From positions 62,001 to 126,000 of the forward strand of contig VRMN01000013.1 of the NCBI GenBank assembly GCA_008690995.1: DNA of 64,000 nucleotides. The letters run 5' to 3'. This document shows, piece after piece, positions 63,259-64,000 of the stretch (the first letter of the stretch is position 1; each line of letters starts with the position of its first letter). A model generated the notes under the pieces. That model did not search any database, was not told the DNA's origin, and was given only the letters and a program-made list of their open reading frames with translations. Both the position numbers and the translations under genes were made by a program. Source of the DNA: Porphyridium purpureum. Lineage: Eukaryota.

Positions 63259-63498
63259 CACCAACCCAACCCCACCTTTCCCCCTACACCTTGCCCTTCC
63301 CCCTCACCCCTTCTCCTCTTCACCTCCTCAAACACCGCACGCGCTCACGCACCCGCACGCCACACAGAACGCGCTGTTCATAGTAAAATCACACACGTTT
63401 ACTATCAACCTCCAAAAATAGGTTTTGGATGCCATAACTTGGCGTGTGCGTTACTAGAAAAATCAGCACGATTTAGTAGACGGCCAAACGGGATTAAG

Positions 63499-63578
63499 GT
63501 ACAGTGCATAGGTGTAACGGGTCGAATACTGTACTTAGGTACACCTCAACTGTACCGATAAGTACACCTGAGCTGTAC
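63499..63578. promoter_or_regulatory. GTAC cluster (6 copies) in a divergent promoter
   Basis: GTACAGT at 63499, ACTGTAC-TTAG-GTACACC at 63528, ACTGTAC at 63549, GTAC at 63562, CTGTAC at 63573. Confidence 0.5.
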
Positions 63579-63667
63579 CTCTGGTAAGCGTTGGTGCCAC
63601 AAATGCGGGGGTGTGGCACACTTGAGGGTGTGAGAGGCGAAGTTTGTGTGTGGGAGAAGGAGGCACG

Positions 63668-64000
63668 ATGAGGATGCCGATGGAGCGCACGCTGCTGCTG
63701 CCGCAAGCGCGCCGTGAGGAGAATGCGGCCGCGCAGGAGCAGCGCGAACCAGATGGCGTGCGTGAAGCAGCTGCGGCCTGCTTCTGTACGCCGCTCGCGG
63801 TGTACGCGATCTTCGCGACAGTGGTGCTGTTTGCGTCCAATGCGTGGCGCCTCGCTCAGGCAGAGCCAGGAGTGCAGTGGTGTGTGTGCGGAACGCATCG
63901 CGCTTGTGTAGACAATGGACCGACTCGCGCTGCTCATCTTCAACGGATTCAGGAACTCCTCAAATTTTGGTGGGTGTCGGATTTGCACATCGACCTGGAC
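63668..64000 (+). CDS. 5'-partial type II membrane metallophosphoesterase (sphingomyelinase-like or endopolyphosphatase-like), runs off the window
   Basis: Manually translated open frame absent from the ORF track: MRMPMERTLLL...TM (LAVYAIFATVVLFA)...KFWWVSDLHIDLD, which is the calcineurin-like motif I DxHxD. Confidence 0.75.
   Translation, partial: MRMPMERTLLLPQARREENAAAQEQREPDGVREAAAACFCTPLAVYAIFATVVLFASNAWRLAQAEPGVQWCVCGTHRACVDNGPTRAAHLQRIQELLKFWWVSDLHIDLD

Noticed and set aside
3871..63988. Numerous long antisense or alternative-frame ORFs overlapping real genes (e.g. 17263..18252, 19748..20545, 24648..25565, 56506..57456, 62220..62954)
   Set aside because: Shadow ORFs expected from GC-rich codon usage, with no independent motifs.

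Overview
Gene-dense, essentially intron-free eukaryotic nuclear DNA with moderately high GC. About 30 single-exon genes are separated by short spacers. The combination of an RWP-RK factor, a 'MAF..'-type plastid transit peptide, mitochondrial presequences and near-absence of introns suggests a unicellular red alga such as Porphyridium (inference). Most genes belong to known families: R2R3-MYB, SDR, C2H2 zinc finger, mitochondrial FtsH/i-AAA protease, anoctamin, histidine phosphatase, thioredoxin, ARM protein, ATP10, DEAD-box helicase, P450, LOG2-like RING, MFS transporters, BAG proteins, EF-P, TMEM120, PAP2, sugar porter, RWP-RK, NBP35, Pol5/MYBBP1A, RCE1, GT10 fucosyltransferase, a Dpy-30/adenylate-kinase-like protein and a partial metallophosphoesterase. 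I saw no rRNA, tRNA, CRISPR array or intact transposon, and no clear multi-gene novel system. The most notable observations are: a recurrent, often palindromic ACTGTAC/GTACAGT element clustered in promoters; an MFS triplet with a shared unknown C-terminal domain and an inverted pseudogene, next to a bacterial-type HD-domain gene; tandem BAG genes in one frame separated by a single TAG; a 1-nt frameshift separating FtsH from its presequence; a small plastid-type ORF starting 10 bp from the RCE1 start; and several enzymes with altered catalytic motifs. All family calls come from motif recognition by eye, not database searches.
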